The notes beneath the pieces were generated by a model, which worked only from the letters and a program-made list of their open reading frames with translations, had not been told where the DNA came from and did no database searches. Below are positions 38,564 to 53,100 of a stretch of DNA of 64,000 bases, in pieces. A program made the position numbers and the translations under genes. Location: the NCBI RefSeq assembly GCF_044704955.1, contig NC_091990.1, positions 40,238,001-40,302,000 of the forward strand, given 5' to 3'. The DNA is from Pristiophorus japonicus (Eukaryota). The stretch's first letter is position 1. The number at the start of each line of letters is the position of its first letter.

Positions 38564-41500
38564 GACAATTGCAAAAAAAATGCACATCTTTCCTCTCAGT
38601 TCTCAATATGAAGGAAGAAAAATGTAACTGAAAATCAATAAAGGTTCTGAATATTCTCTCGTCTCTGACTGTTCTGCCTTCCAGTATATAGCAGAGTGGA
38701 ATGTATTGTGGGAGAGCTTAGCTCTGGATTCAGCTTATAGTCTTCCAACATGCTCAACTGCACCCAGTTTCAAGCCAAGATTCCAGCTTGTTCTAGATTA
38801 ATGAGCGACAGGATCAGTTTTGTTTACTGTTCATTCTTAGTGATACTTTGCTGTAACTAATTTGTGTACTACAGGAGTATAACTCGACATGTATAATCTT
38901 AGAAATATCCTGGCAGCATTAATGCCCAGATGCAGTTGTTTCAATCCTGTGGTTTGCTTTAAGACCCTCACTAAAGGGCCATTGCTTGATTTAAAGGTTT
39001 GAGACCTATTCGTGTACACGTTTTTTTCTAAAGACACAAAAGTTCCTTTGCCTGTCTCTGGAATCTGAAATCCAGAATATCCAGACTTTGGGAAGCTGTA
39101 AGAAGATTAATTAGTTCAGCACATCCTCGCCTCAAACATCCACCCCACTTGCACCACGCCTGTGTTAGCTTTCCCAATCATCACTGCTCTCCTTTCTCAT
39201 CCTTACAGTAAGACGGGGAATGCTATAACTCATGGGCTATTCCGGCAGTGAAAGCAGTCTGTTGCCTTCAATGGTTTGGGCATTGAGGATGCGAATAGAA
39301 CCCTGTCCCATCAAGTTCCATATTGCTGAGCCAGTGACATTGACACAGAGCAGTAAAACAGGGGCTTCCGGCACCTTCTCCCCGTTGACCCCAATGGGGC
39401 TTCCGGCACCCTCTGGACATTGACCCCAATGGGGGTGATTCCCAACTTGCCACCTGGGTGTAAATCTAATGTTGTGGGTCGGTCGTGTGTTATAGAAATT
39501 GCCCGACTTTCATTTCCATTGAAATCGTTGATCTGCAACACCAGTTTCGGGTCAGAGCGGCAAATTAAAAACCGACGTCAATGTATTTGCATCTTTTTTA
39601 GTTTTACTATATCTAAGAATTTAGTTGTATTTGTAAAAATACTGCTTAATAAATTTTCTATGGTGGGTCTATGCCTGCTCTTTTAAAGAGCTCTCCAATT
39701 TAATGCCACACCCCAGCTTTTTCACCATAACCCTGCAAATTAGTCATCTTCAAGTAATTGTCCAATTACCTTTTGAACGTTCCTATGGATTCTGATTCCA
39801 CCATACTTTCAGGTGGTGCGTTCCAGGCCTGACCAACCCTCTGGGTGAATAAATTTCTCCTCATTTTCCCTCTAGTTGTCTTGTTAATTATTTTAAACAA
39901 TACCCCCCTCATTAAGCTCCATTACCTCTTCGAGGTGACAATGGATCGGAGAGGCCTTACTGAACAGGGGCAGGCAGATGGGCAGACCCATCGAAATTGC
40001 CCCCGGGCCGGGAGTGGCAAGAACTGGTTTCTGTGCTGCCACGTGGTTGGGCACGGGCCGAATCCAATGGGAAATTGCCCCGCAGGAGCGGCACTGCCGA
40101 TGGTCAGTGCCACTGAAAGCTTTCCCCTGTGGGAAACTGTTTGCCTAGGCGGCACGTCCGCCCTCAAAGGGGAAGGGCGCGCTGCCAGCGCCTCCATTTT
40201 GTTTTAATTGTCAGGCCGACTCCAAGGTCGGCCTGACAATGGTGGCCACAGGTTCGGCCGGGCCGCCAACAGACAGCCCGGCACCCCCTCTTGGTTGCCA
40301 GACCGCTGGCCCAGCCAAAACCCTGGTGGCCCAGTGGGCCTAACTGAACCCCATGCAGAGCTCGCTGCGGCCCTCACCTTTAACTGAAGGAGTGGGACGT
40401 TGTGATGTGGCAGCGCATCACTGACGACTCGTTGGAGTGTCCGACCCGACCGAAGGACTCTTCCGTCCCTCAGCATCGCCCCGACCAGAAATAGAAGACA
40501 AAGATGCGAATATCGGCGCAAGATCCACGCCATGGATTGTGGAGGAGAAAAACCTCTTAATCGGGAGCAATTTCAGTCCCATGACGTCTGGTCACCGACC
40601 CACTTGCCAGTGGAAGCAGTTTCTCCCTACATGCTCTCTCAAAACCCCTTATCATTTTAAATAATTCTTTGGTCTACTCTTAACCTTCTCTGCTTTAAGG
40701 AGAACAATCCCAGGTTCTCTCCACATACCTTAACTCCCTCATCCCTGGTATCATCTTGATAAACCTCCTCTGTACGCCCTCCAGAGCCTTGACGTCCTTC
40801 CTAAAGCGTGGTGCCCAGAATTGTACACAATAGTCCAGCTGAAGCCGAACCAGTAATTTGTAAAGTTTGAGAATGACTTGCTTCTTTCCGTATTTAATGC
40901 CCCTATTTCCAAAACCAAGTATCCCATACGCCTCCTTAACTGGCTTATCGACTTGCCTTGCTAAATGACTGGGCTGAGGCCTGTCTTGGAGAAAAACATG
41001 AAGAGCACTTGTCACTACAGAATTTTGTGCCCCAATCGTTAACCCTGAAAGTGAATTCCACAAGAAGTTTAAAGAAGTTTCTCTTGTTCATTGTACTAAA
41101 CCCCTTGCATTTATTCTTGTCGCTATGGCTCCTCATCTTGACCCTTCAGCCACTGGAAACAGCCAGCTTCTATCTTCCTCCATCCCATCTCCCATCATTT
41201 TAAATATCAGATCACCCTGGAATATGTGTTAAACATGAGAAGCATGAGTCCTAACAGTAAGGGCACAAAGTAGGAATGGGACTGAGATTGAGTCACCTAC
41301 CATTCTCGTCAGGAATGCTCCTGTCTCATTTGACTTCCTACACTAAACAACCACAACCGGCTGCCTTAGTGATTATTAGCTATAAACCACAAGCACATAA
41401 CACTTTCTGATGCACACACCCCTGTAAGCATTATCTCTGGATCCTCCACAGTTAAATGCAAGAAGTGGGGAAAGAGGACCCCTTCCTTCCCATGGCAATC

Positions 41501-44500
41501 TGCATGCCTTACTCTGTAACCTTTACTGTTCAAATAAAGTAACTCCTTCAGGATTTTTGTCAAAGTTTCTTTAATGGCCTTCTCCTTGTCCTCAGAGTGA
41601 CATTTAACAATGTGGTCAACCTGCATCATTGGTGATATCAGAATGACTATTGACATTATTATTAGGGTTGGGTTTTGTGGTTTGGGCTAGTGGTTTGGCT
41701 GTTAGGAAATTACTTAGGTTGTTAGACTTAGAGGTTAGAATTAGTGATTAGCATAAGAAATCATAGATGCATCTTTTTTCATTTCTTGTTTTGTTACCTC
41801 ATGCAGATGAGTCACCAAACAGCCACATGAATTGTTCATTCAAGGATCCTTCTTTCTGGCTCAGGCTTAATTCCCTCCCTTCTTTCACATCTCTACATTT
41901 CTTACAGAAAAATACATCAGTGACATTAGATTTTGGTATTTTGGCATAAGAACAGATGGATCAAGGTGTTGCGCTTGCAACATTTAGTCATCGGCCTACC
42001 TGAAAAGGGTTTCTGACAATAACATATGTAGGTGGTTTGCCTTGGTGGTTTTGAATCACCCCAGCCTACAGTTCTAGACACGGGAATTATTTGGGGGAAC
42101 AAAAAACTGAACCAGAGACAGGTCTTTCGGCCTCAACCTTACAATACTTTATTCGGTTCTGTTACTGTTATGTATGTAAACCTGTAATTACTTTGTCTAA
42201 TCACCATCCCACAATCCCTTGGGAGCACCTGTATACAGGCTGGAGAGGCACTCTGAGGTCTGCAATAAAGGACTACTGTCACATTTACTTTGAGATTTCA
42301 GTATCTAGTCTGACTCTTTATCCAAGACATAACAACTGGCGACAAGATACAGATAACGAATTCCAACGCAACAATGCAGAGAACTGTGGGTATCCTGGAG
42401 AAATTTTCGGAGGGAGATAATTGGGAAACCTTCGTGGAGCGACTTGACCAATGCTTCGTGGCCAACGAGCTGGAAGGAGAAGCGAACGCTGCCAAACGAA
42501 GGGCGATCCACCTCACCATTTGCAGAGCATCAACATATGGCCTCATGAAAAACCTGCTCGCTCCAGCAAAACGCACAGACAAGTCATACGATGAGTTGTG
42601 CACACTGGCCCGGGAGCATCTAAACCCGAAGGAAAGTGTTCTGATGGCGAGGTATCGGTTCTACACGTACAAGTGGTCTGAAGGCCAGGAAGTGACGAGC
42701 TACGTCGCCGAGCTAAGGTGCTTTGCAGAACATTGCGAATTTGAAGGACACTTGGAGCATATGCTCAGGAACTTCTTTGTACTTGGCATTGGCCATGAAG
42801 TAATACTTCACAAGCTTTTCACTGTAGAGACCCCAACCTTGAGTAAAGCCATAGCGATAGCCCAGGTGTTTATTTCCACCAGTGACAATATCAAACAAAT
42901 TTCCCAGCACACTAGTGGTGCTGCAAGTACTGTGAACAAAGTAACGTCATTTTCGAATCGTAATGTACTTACATGCCTGTAGCTGCATGTCCGCAGATGA
43001 CTCAGAGTCCGCCATCAAGGGTGGTGAATACAAGGCAATTAACACCTTGTTGGTGCTGCGGGGGTGATCATCGATTCCATTCATGCCGTTTCAAAGGATA
43101 CATTTGCAAGGGGCTGTGGAACAATGGGGCACCTCCAACGTATGTGCAGGTGAGCTGCAAACCCTGCTAATCCTGCAAACCACCATGTAGCAGAGGAGGA
43201 CAGATCCATGGTGGATCATGACGAACCAGAGCTCAGACCGAGGAGGCAGAGGTATATGGGGTGCACACATTTACCACAAAGTGTCCCCCAATAATGCTGA
43301 ATTAAATGGACTCCCGGTGTCCATAGAGCTGGACACAGGCGCAAGCCAGTCCATAATGAGTAAAAAGACTTTCGATAAGTTGTGGAGCAACAAGGCTTCA
43401 AGGCAGTCCTGACTCCCATTCGTACCAAACTCAGAACGTACACAAAGGAACTGATTCCTGTAATTGGCAGTGCTACCGTAAAGGTCTCCTATGATGGAGC
43501 GGTGCATGAGTTACCACTCTGGATGGTACCAGGCGATGGCACCACGCTATTCGGCAGGAGCTGGCTGGGAAAGATACATTAGAACTGGGACGACGTCCGA
43601 GCGCTTTCATCCGTCGACGACACCCCATGTGCCCAGGTCCTAAGCAAGTTCTCCTCGCTGTTCGAACTAAGCATCGGTAAATTCCAAGGAGTAAAAGTGC
43701 AGATCCATTTGATTCCGGGGGCGCGACCCATCCATCACAAGGCGAGAGCGGTATCTTACACGATGAGAGAGAGGATGGAGATCGAGCTGGACAGGCTGCA
43801 ACGAGAAGGCATAATTTTGCCGATCGAATTCAATGAGTGGGCCAATCTGATCGTTCCAGATCTCAAGGGAGATGGCACCGTCAGAATCTGTGGTGATTAC
43901 AAAGTAACTATCCATCATTTCTCGCTGCAGGAGCAGTACCCGCTACCAAAGGCAAACAGCCTATTTGCGACGCTGGCGGGAGGGAAAACGTTCACGAAGC
44001 TGGACTTGACCTCGGCCTACATGACACAGGAGCTGGAGGAATCTTCGAAAAACCTCACCTGCAATAACACGCACAAAGGTCTTTTCGCTTAGAACAGATG
44101 CCCGTTTGGAATTCGATCGGCCGCGGCGATATTCCATACATCTTGATTACAGGTCGGGACACCGTCAAGCACCTGCAGAACCTGGAGGAGGTTCTTAGTC
44201 GGTTTAATCATGTGAGGCTCAGGCTAAAACGCTCAAAGTGCGTTTTCCTGGCGCCTGAAGTGGAGTTCCTGGGCAGAAGAATCGTGGCGGACGGCATCAG
44301 GCCCACCGATTCGAAGTCGGAGGCAATCAAGAACGCACCGAGACCACGGAATGTGATGGAGCTGCGGTCGTTTCTAAGACTCCTGAACTATTTTGGTAAC
44401 TTCTTACCGGGTCTTAGCACATTGTTAGAACCCCTGCACTCTTTACTGCGTAACGGAGATGAATGAGTATGGGGTAAAAGCCAAGAAAATGCCTTTGAGA

Positions 44501-45302
44501 AAGCTAGGAAGCTGTTATGTTCAAACAAATTGCTTGTGTTGTACGATCCATGTAAACATTTGGTACTACCATGTGATGTGTCATCGTATGGGTTCGGGTG
44601 TGTATTGCAACAAGCTAATGAATTTGGGAAATTGCAACCGGTTGCTTATGCATCCAGAAGTCTGTCTAAGGCTGAGAGGGCCTACAGTATGATCGAAAAA
44701 GAAGCGTTAGCGTGTGTTTAGGGGTAAAGAAAATGCATCAATATCTGTTCGGGCTCAAATTTGAATTGGAAACTGACCATAAGCCGCTTATATCCCTCTT
44801 CTCTGAAAATAAGGGGATAAATACGAATGCATCGGCCCGCATCCAGAGACGGGCGCTCATGTTGTCCGCATACAACTACACCATCCGCCATAGGCCAGGC
44901 ACAGAAAATTGTGCCGATGCTCTCAGTAGGCTGCCATTGCCCACCATAGGGGTGGAGATGGCACAGCCTGCAGATTTAGTTATGGTAATGGAAGCATTCG
45001 AGTGTGAGCAATCACCAGTTACCGCCCTACAGATTATAACTTGGACGAGCCAGGACCCCTTACTGTCCTTAGTAAAAAAAACTGTGTGCTCCACGGGAGT
45101 TGGTCTAGTGCCCCGTTAGAGATGCAGGAAGAAATAAAGACATACCAGCGGCGCAAAGATGAAATGTCTATACAGGCAGCCTGCCTCCTATGGGGCAATT
45201 GGGTAGTTGTGCCCAAAAAGGGCAGGGACACTGTTGTTAGTGATCTCCACAGTACCCACCCAGGCATTGTAATGATGAAAGCGATAGCCAGATCCCACGT
45301 GT

Positions 45303-47428
45303 GACTGGTAAATGATACTTAAAGGGCTGACAGTGGATAGGCAATGGCAAACATTTAAAGATCACATGGATGAACTTCAACAATTGTACATCCCTGTCTG
45401 TCTGGAGTAAAAATAAAAAGGGGAAGGTGGCTCTACCTTGGCTAACAAGGGAAATTGAGGATAGTGTTAAATCCAAGGAAGAGGCATATAAATTGGCCAG
45501 AAAAAGCAGCAAACCTGAGGATTGGGAGAAATTTAGAATTCAGTAGAGGAGGATAAAGGGTTTAATTAAGAGGGGGAAAGTAGAGTACGAGAAGAAGCTT
45601 GCCAGGAGCATAAAAACTGACTGCAAAAGCTTCTATAGATATGTGAAGAGAAAAAGATTAGTGAAGACAAACATAGGTCCCTTGCTGTCGGATTCAGGTG
45701 AATTTATAATGGGGAACAAAGAAATGGCAGACCAATTGAACAAATACTTTGGTTCTGTCTTCACGAAGGAAGACACAAATAACCTTCTGAAAGTACTAGG
45801 GTCTAGTGAGAAGAAGGAACTGAAGGATATCCTTATTAGATGGGAAATTGTGTTAGGGAAATTGATGGGATTGAAGGCCGATAAATCTCTGGGGCCTGAT
45901 ATTCTGCAGCCCAGAGTATTTAAGGAAGTGGCCCTAGAAATAGTGGATGCATTGGTGATCATTTTCCAACAGTCTATCGACTCGGGATCAGTTCCTATGG
46001 ACTGGAGAGTAGCTAATGTAACACCACTTTTTAAAAAGGGAGGGAGAGAAAGCGGGTAATTATAGACCAGTTAGCCTGACAACAGTGGTGGGAAAAATGT
46101 TGGAATCTAGGATGAAATAGCAGCGCATTTGGAAAGCAGTGACAGGATAGGTCCAAGTCAGTGTGGATTTATGAAGGGGAAATCATGCTTGACAAATCTT
46201 CTGGAATTTTTTGAGGATGTAACTGGTAGAGTGGACAAGGGAGAACCAGTGGATGTGGTGTATTGGGACTTTCAAAAGGCTTTTGACAAGGTCCCACACA
46301 AGAGATTGGTGTGCAAAATTAAAGCACATGGTATTGGGGGTAATATACTGATGTGGATAGAGAACTGGTTTGCAGACAGGAAGCAGAGAGTCGGGATAAA
46401 CAGGTCCTTTTCAGAATGGCAGGCAGTGACTAGCAGGGCTCAATGCTGGGACCCCAGCTCTTTACAACATACATCAATGATTTGGATGAAGGAATTGAGT
46501 GTAATATCTCCAAGTTTGCAGATGACACTAAACTGGGTGGTGGTGTGAGCTGTGAGTGGGATGCTAAGAGGCTGCAGGGTGACTTAGACAGGTTAGGTGA
46601 GTGGGTAAATGCATGGCAGATGCAATATAATGTGGATAAATGTGAGGTATCCATTTTGGGGGCAAAAACACGAAGACAGAATATTATCTGAATGGTGGCA
46701 TTAGGAAAAGCGGAGGTGCAACGAGACCTGGGTGTCATGGTTCATCAGTCATTGAAAGTTGGCATTCAGGTACAGCAGGCGGTAAAGAAGGCAAATGGTA
46801 TGTTGGCCTTCATAGCTAGGGGAGTATAGGAGCAGTGAGGTCTTACTGCAGTTGTACAGGGCCTTGGTGAGGCCTCACCTGGAATATTGTGTTCAATTTT
46901 GGTCTCCTAATCCGAGGAAGGACTTTCTTACTATTGAGGGAGTGCAGCGAAGGTTCACCAGACTGATTCCCGGGATGGCCGGACTGACATATGAGGAGAG
47001 ACTGGACCAACTGGGCCTTTATACATTGGAGTTTAAAAGGATGAGAGGGGATCTCATAGAAACAAACACGATTCTGAAGGGATGTGACAGGTTAGATGTG
47101 GGTAGATTGTTCCCGATGTTGGGGAAGTCCAGAACCAGTGGACACAGTCTTAGAATAAGGGGTCAGCCATTTAGGACTGAGATGAGGAGAAACTTCTTCA
47201 CTCAGAGAGTTGTTAACCTGTGGAATTCCCTGCTACAGAGAGTTGTTGATGCCAGTTCATTGGATATATTCAAGAGGGAGTTAGCTATGGCCCTTATGGC
47301 TAAACGGATCAAGGGGTATGGAGACAAAGCAGGAAAGAGGTACTGAGGGAATGATCAGCCATGAAACTTATCGAATGGTGGTGCAGGCTCAAAGGGCCGA
47401 ATGACCTATTTTCTATGTTTCTATGTTT
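45303..47428 (+). mobile_element. 5'-truncated CR1 nested in Gypsy A integrase
   Basis: RT ORFs 45643-47346 and a TTTCTATG tail. Splits the integrase motif ARSHV|WWPGIDADL. Confidence 0.93.
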
Positions 47429-47429
47429 C

Positions 47430-48841
47430 ATTGCGGCCAATTTTCGGCCTGTGTTGCTCCTGTTTTTTTGCAGCAACTGGTTTAGAATGGAGTATCTTAG
47501 AAATTGCAATTCTCGGCAATTAGTTTGCTCCAGTTCTAGTCAGTTGGAACAGTTTCAGTTTGGAAGAGATTTTTTTTTTCAAAAGGGGACGTGTCCGGCC
47601 ACTTACACCCGTTTTGAAAGTTTAGGCAGTGAAAACTTACTCCAAACTAACTTAGAATGGAGTAAGTGTAGATTTTTGTACGCTCAGAAAAACCTTGCCT
47701 ACACTTAGAAAATCAGGCTTAGGTTACAAATCAGGCGTCGGGAATGGGGGGGGGGGGGGTTTAAAGGGAAGTTTGCAAACATTAAACACGTCAGATTTAC
47801 AAATAAAGAGCCATCATCAATAATAAATTATAAATACATCAATAAATCAACCAATAAATCAATAAAAAGTGGGAGGGGGAGGGGGGAGGGGGGAGGGGGA
47901 AGAGGGAGGGAGGTGGGAGAGGGATATTGGGGGGGGAGCGAGAGGGAGAGAGGGGGGGAGAGGAGAGGGAGCAGGGGGTGAGACGAGGAGAGGGGAGGGA
48001 GGGGGAGAGAAGAGGGAGGGAGGGGGTGAGGTGAGGAGAGGGGAGGGAGGGGGAGAGGAGAGGGAGGGAGGGGAAGAGGAGAGGGAGGGAGGGAGGGGGA
48101 GAGGAGAGGGAGGAGGCTGAACGGGCCCGGCTGACGTGACGATGCCGGGCCCAAGACTTTAGGCTGGACCGCCCCCAGCAAGGTAGGTGGCCGGGGAAGC
48201 CGGAGCTGGGGGGTGGTGAGGGAGGGGGTCAACGGAGCTGGAGGGGGGTCGTCGGAGCGGGAGCTGGGGGGGGGCGGGTGGGGGGGTCGTCGGAGTGGGA
48301 GCGGGGGTTGTTGGAGTGGGAGCGGGGGGGGAGCGGAGCACGAGCTTGGGGGGGATCGGAGCGGGAGCTGGGGAGGAGCGGCGCGGGAGCTGGGGGAGGG
48401 GGGGGGTCCGGGTGGGGGAGGTGGAGCAGAGCGGGAGCTGGGGGGATCGGAACGGGAGCTGGCGGGGGGGCGGGGGGGGCATGGGGGTGGCGGCTGGGGG
48501 GTTGAGAGAGCCAGCTGGAGCCAGAGCAGGAGCTGGGCGTGGGGAGGTGCAGCCTGATCCTCGCAGCCCCAGTGAGGCCATTCGGCCAGGGCTAGGGGCT
48601 GCATGCTTCGGGCCCCTCCCCACTCAGTTTCAGGTGCCTGGAGCTACTGCTCATGCGCGTCCACTGTAGCGCGCCTGTGCAGAGGTCCCGGCACTGATTT
48701 CATCGCAGGGACCTGGCTCCGCCCCTCACAGCTCGTGCTGCGCTGCGCCGAGCTTCAAAGGACCTGCAGGGAGCCGGAGAATGAGCAGGTATTTTTTTGA
48801 CGCACTTTTGGGCGCGGAAAACGGGCGTCCAGCTCGGGCCC
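47430..48841. mobile_element. Non-autonomous DNA-transposon-like insert with G/GA-rich low-complexity core (47870-48500)
   Basis: Sits within the CR1 tail (tttc|tatg). GC-rich termini ending GGGCCC; no coding capacity. Confidence 0.5.
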
Positions 48842-50158
48842 TATGTGTGGTGGCCCGGTATTGATGCAGATTTAGAGTCCTGTGTGCATAAATGTAATAC
48901 ATGTTCCCAGTTAAGCAATGCACCCAGAGAGGCACCACTAAGTTTATGGTCCTGGCCCTCCAAACCGTGGTTTAGGGTTCATGTCGACTATGCAGGCCCA
49001 ATCTTGGGAAAAATGTTTTTAGTGGTTGTAGACACGTACTCCAAATGGATTGAATGTGTGATAATTTCGGCAAGCACGTCCACTGCCACCATTGAAAGCC
49101 TACGGACCATGTTTGCCACGTACGGCCTGCCTGATGTCCTTGTAAGTGACAATGGGCTGTGCTTTACCAGTGCCGAATTCAAGGAATTCATGACCCGCAA
49201 TGGGGTCAAACATGTGACGTCTGCCCCGTTTAAGCCAGTGTCCAACGGTCAGGCAGAACAAGCAGTTTAAACAATCAAGCAGAGCTTGAAAAGGATAACT
49301 GAAGGCTCAGTGCAGACTCGCTTAACCCGAGTCCTGCTTAGTTACCGCACAAGACCCACTCACTCACCGGGGTCCCTCCCGCTGAACTTCTCATGAAAAG
49401 GGCACTTAAGACAAGGCTCTCATTGATCCAGCCTGACCTACACGAACAGGTAGAGAGCAGGCGGCTTCAACAGAATACATATCATGATCGCGCAAATGTG
49501 TCACGCGAAATGGAAGTAAATAATCCTGTATTTGTGTTGAACTATGGACAAGATCCCAAGTGGACTGCTGGCACTGTTTTGGCCAGAGTGTTTGTGGTCA
49601 AACTCGCAAATGGACTCACCCACAGAAAACACTTGGTACCAAACCAAACTCAGATTTATGGATTATCCAGAACAACCCACAATAGACTCTACCTTTTTCG
49701 ACCCTCCAACACACACACAAGTGGCAACCGACCCAGCAGTTGACCACGAAACAGAACCCATCACCCGCAGCAGCCCAACAAGGCTCACCACCCCCAGCAG
49801 TCCAGCAAGGCCAGCTGCACAGCAGCCCAGCGAAGGCCCAACAAACGACTCACCAGCATTTGCACCGAGACCATGAACCAGGGAAAGGAAGGCCCCAGAT
49901 CGACTCACATTGTAAATAGTTACACTATTGACTTTGAGGGGGAGTGTTATTATGTAGGTAAACCTGTAATTACCATGTCTAACCACCAGAGGGCTTATCC
50001 CCTGGAGTCTCAAGGGATCCCACAATCCCTTCGGAGCACCTGTATATAAGGAGGCCTCACAGGCTGGAGAAGCACTCTGAAGTCTGCAATAAAGGACTAT
50101 GGTCACACTTACTTTGAGCTTGCAGTATCTAGTCTGACTCTTTATCCAAAACATAACA

Positions 50159-53100
50159 TTGTGTCTGTAATACTCTTATGAATGACTCCACGAGGTCTAG
50201 TATTGTACTTGAGCTGTTGTGACCTTAGTCCCATTTATTGTCACTCCAGAGTGAGGCACAAGCATGGTGGGCAGCCTTTTATACTGGGCCCTGCACACCT
50301 ATGCAGGTGACCCTCAGGTCTCCCACCGCAGTGCCCTCTGGTGGCACATCTTATGTGACTATACAGTTAGTATACATGGTCTACATACATGACATCACTT
50401 CCCCCCAAGTCTTTAATGCAAATTGACTCGTACATTGACAGTGACCTGGGCTTTGCTCTTCTTGGTTGACCATTGAAGGGTTGCTTCTAGCTTGGGTGGG
50501 TTGTAGTGAGATTTGTTGCCAGTGGAGGTCCCAGTGGTTTCTGAGTTGTGAGTCCATGACTACTCCATTCACCACCCTCCCACCTCTCCCCACACACACA
50601 CACACACACACAGATCATGCTAATGGCCCGTTACATGCAAGTTGCATTCAAGTTCATCACATGGGTTTTACATTTACATCTTGGTACATTTGTTGGGTGG
50701 ATCACAGTTGCGTTTCTTTTTGTGTGGTACATTTACATGATCAGTACAGGTATATCAGTACAGGTACACAAGGACAGTCTAGTTCCAGCACGGCCGGATG
50801 AGATCCGGGTGGCGGTGGTGCAGCGCCCCATGATGGTGGGTCTTTGGGCGAGATGTGCTGATTTTGCTCGAGTTGCCGGAGCTCAGGGCTCTTGCCGTTA
50901 CTCCTAGTGTCGGGCAGGCCCAAAGATAGCTGATGTGTCTGTGACCTCTCTGTCCTTTTCATTTGCACAGTGTCGCTGCTGCTCTCTGGGAAGCAGTCTG
51001 AGCAAGTGAGTGTTTCATCTAAGCGACGGTGGGGCTGCCTCGTCTTGTCTAACAGTTCGCAGGGGACTGCTGACTCGCTCCTTGAGGGTGCCGTGTGAGC
51101 ACTCTCTAGTTTGGGATCCTGGCTGGTCCAGGTCCCGTTCGGAGGCTGGTCCAGGTCCCGTTCGGAGGCTGGTCCAGGTCCCTTTGCGGGTGACCCTTCG
51201 CTCTTGGGCATTGCCGTGGTGGCGAGTGGGTTTGTGGGCTGCGCCTTTTCCACCTGGGTGGTAGGCAACGGTAGCTGACATAGGCACAGTTTACTGTTTC
51301 TGGCCCGTGGCGGTTCATGCCATCGGGTGCCTGCAGGGTATCGCTACCGGTGCCTCTGCTCTCCGGGGCTCGTTTACTCTGCGGCTTGTCTACTTCTGTC
51401 AGCTGTGGGGACACTTTATGATACATCGTTCTGGTTCCCGGAATGCAGACTACAGCATTGGGTAGCCCGCTGGACCTGTATACGACCGTTAGGTGTTCGC
51501 CCGCTACATTGGTTGATTGCAATTTGCACCCGACATCGCTCAACAACATTTTGCTCGTTACAGCTGGACTTTTACATTGGTTACCAATTTCAAGCAGTTC
51601 ATTCAAAAATGGTGGGTTGCTAGCCTCCTTTAAAATGGCCTTACTACTTTTACCCCAATCATCTTCCTTGCATGGAACCACGTGTCGTTGCTCCATTAGC
51701 GCTGCACCTCGTGATTTGGACACCACATGATGTCGACTGCCGCGATCTTCTTTCCCAGAGATTCTGCCACTGAAGCTGGGAAGGTGTCCTCGGATCCAAT
51801 CTTCCTCCCCAGGAGTCCTGCCACTGAAACCGGGAAGGTGTGTTCAGGTCGTTTGTGATGAGCGGTCTGTGCCTTGGGGGCTGCGTGGATCTGCTCTCCG
51901 GTGCCTGGTCCAACCGAAGGTGGGGGCTTGCTCTGCCTCTGAGCACGGGGGAACGTCGATTGCTGGAGGGATGAAGTCTTCCCATTTCCAATGAATCTTC
52001 CCCCATCCATCTTCTTCCAAGTAGCGTTGGTCTATCACCTGAAACAATCCACAATGGTAAATTGGCAACTGCGCCATCATGGGATACACTTACATCCACA
52101 CTACCAACAACTGATATTAGTTCCTTGGTGTAGGAGCGCAGCTTTGTCTGAATCGGGACCCGCTTGGGTCATTCAGCTTGATCGTTCCATAGCCTCATGG
52201 CTCATTACTAACAGACTCGCCCCCATGTCCACTTCCATGAAGACTGGAATGCCATTTATCTCGACTTCCATTATCACTGGAGGACAATCTGTGGTGCAGG
52301 TATATATATTTTTTCCAAAAATATACATTATTCATTAAAAATGTTCACAATATATTGGAGAATAGCTCAATATCTTGCGGTCAGCAATTCCAAACAATTC
52401 GTTTGGATGCTGCCAGCAGTTCCATACAATGCACAAGGTTGCATTTCATTTCAAGATACAGTTTAGTACAATCCGTAAATCACGTTACATGTAGTACTGT
52501 GCAAATGAGAACAGGTTTACATTAGATTCCAGGTGCAGGTATATACTCCATACATTTCGTCCTGGGACTGAGCTGCCTCTCTAGCCATCTCCTCGTAATC
52601 TGAGCTGGATTCACAGCCATCTGCTCACTCCTCTTCCACGTGGTGAATCACAGCTCTTCTGCACAGTCGCTGGAGGTGGCCCTTTGTGCTGCAGCCTTTG
52701 CACACATAGTCTCTGAACCGACACTGATGAGCCCTGTGATTACCTCCGCAACGCCAACATGATGCTACTCGACTTACGTTTGCACTCCTCGGCGGACTCT
52801 GAGTTAAAGGACTCGGGGGCCTGTAAGCTCTGCCCTGGGCAGATTCATGTTCAACAGTTCTGCCTGTGAACGGTGCCATTCTATTTATGGTATTTGCTGG
52901 GTTTGAGTCCTGAGAGTGAGTCATCATCTGCTTGGAACTGTAGCTTGAGGTCATGAATGCCTGGCTGATGCTGATGGCCTTCTGCAGAGTGACGGTGGTT
53001 TTGGCAGACAGTAGCCTGTGAAGAAGGGCCTCATGACCGATGCCAATTATGAAGACGTCCCGCAACGCATCGGCGAGGGATGTGCCGAATTCACACGGTC

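Larger units (their letters stand above)
42166..50158 (+). mobile_element. Ty3/Gypsy LTR retrotransposon A, two LTRs, degenerate gag-pol
   Basis: LTRs 42166-42334 and 49945-50158, PBS-like TGGCGACAAG at about 42337 and PPT GAGGGGGAG at 49936-49944. gag 42374-42982, protease (IELDTGAS), RT 43697-44466, RNase H, and integrase 45041-45304 plus 48845-49640. Confidence 0.95.

Noticed and set aside
47828-48669. Long Pro-rich and Gly-rich ORFs
   Set aside because: They are translations of G/C-rich low-complexity DNA inside a transposon insert.
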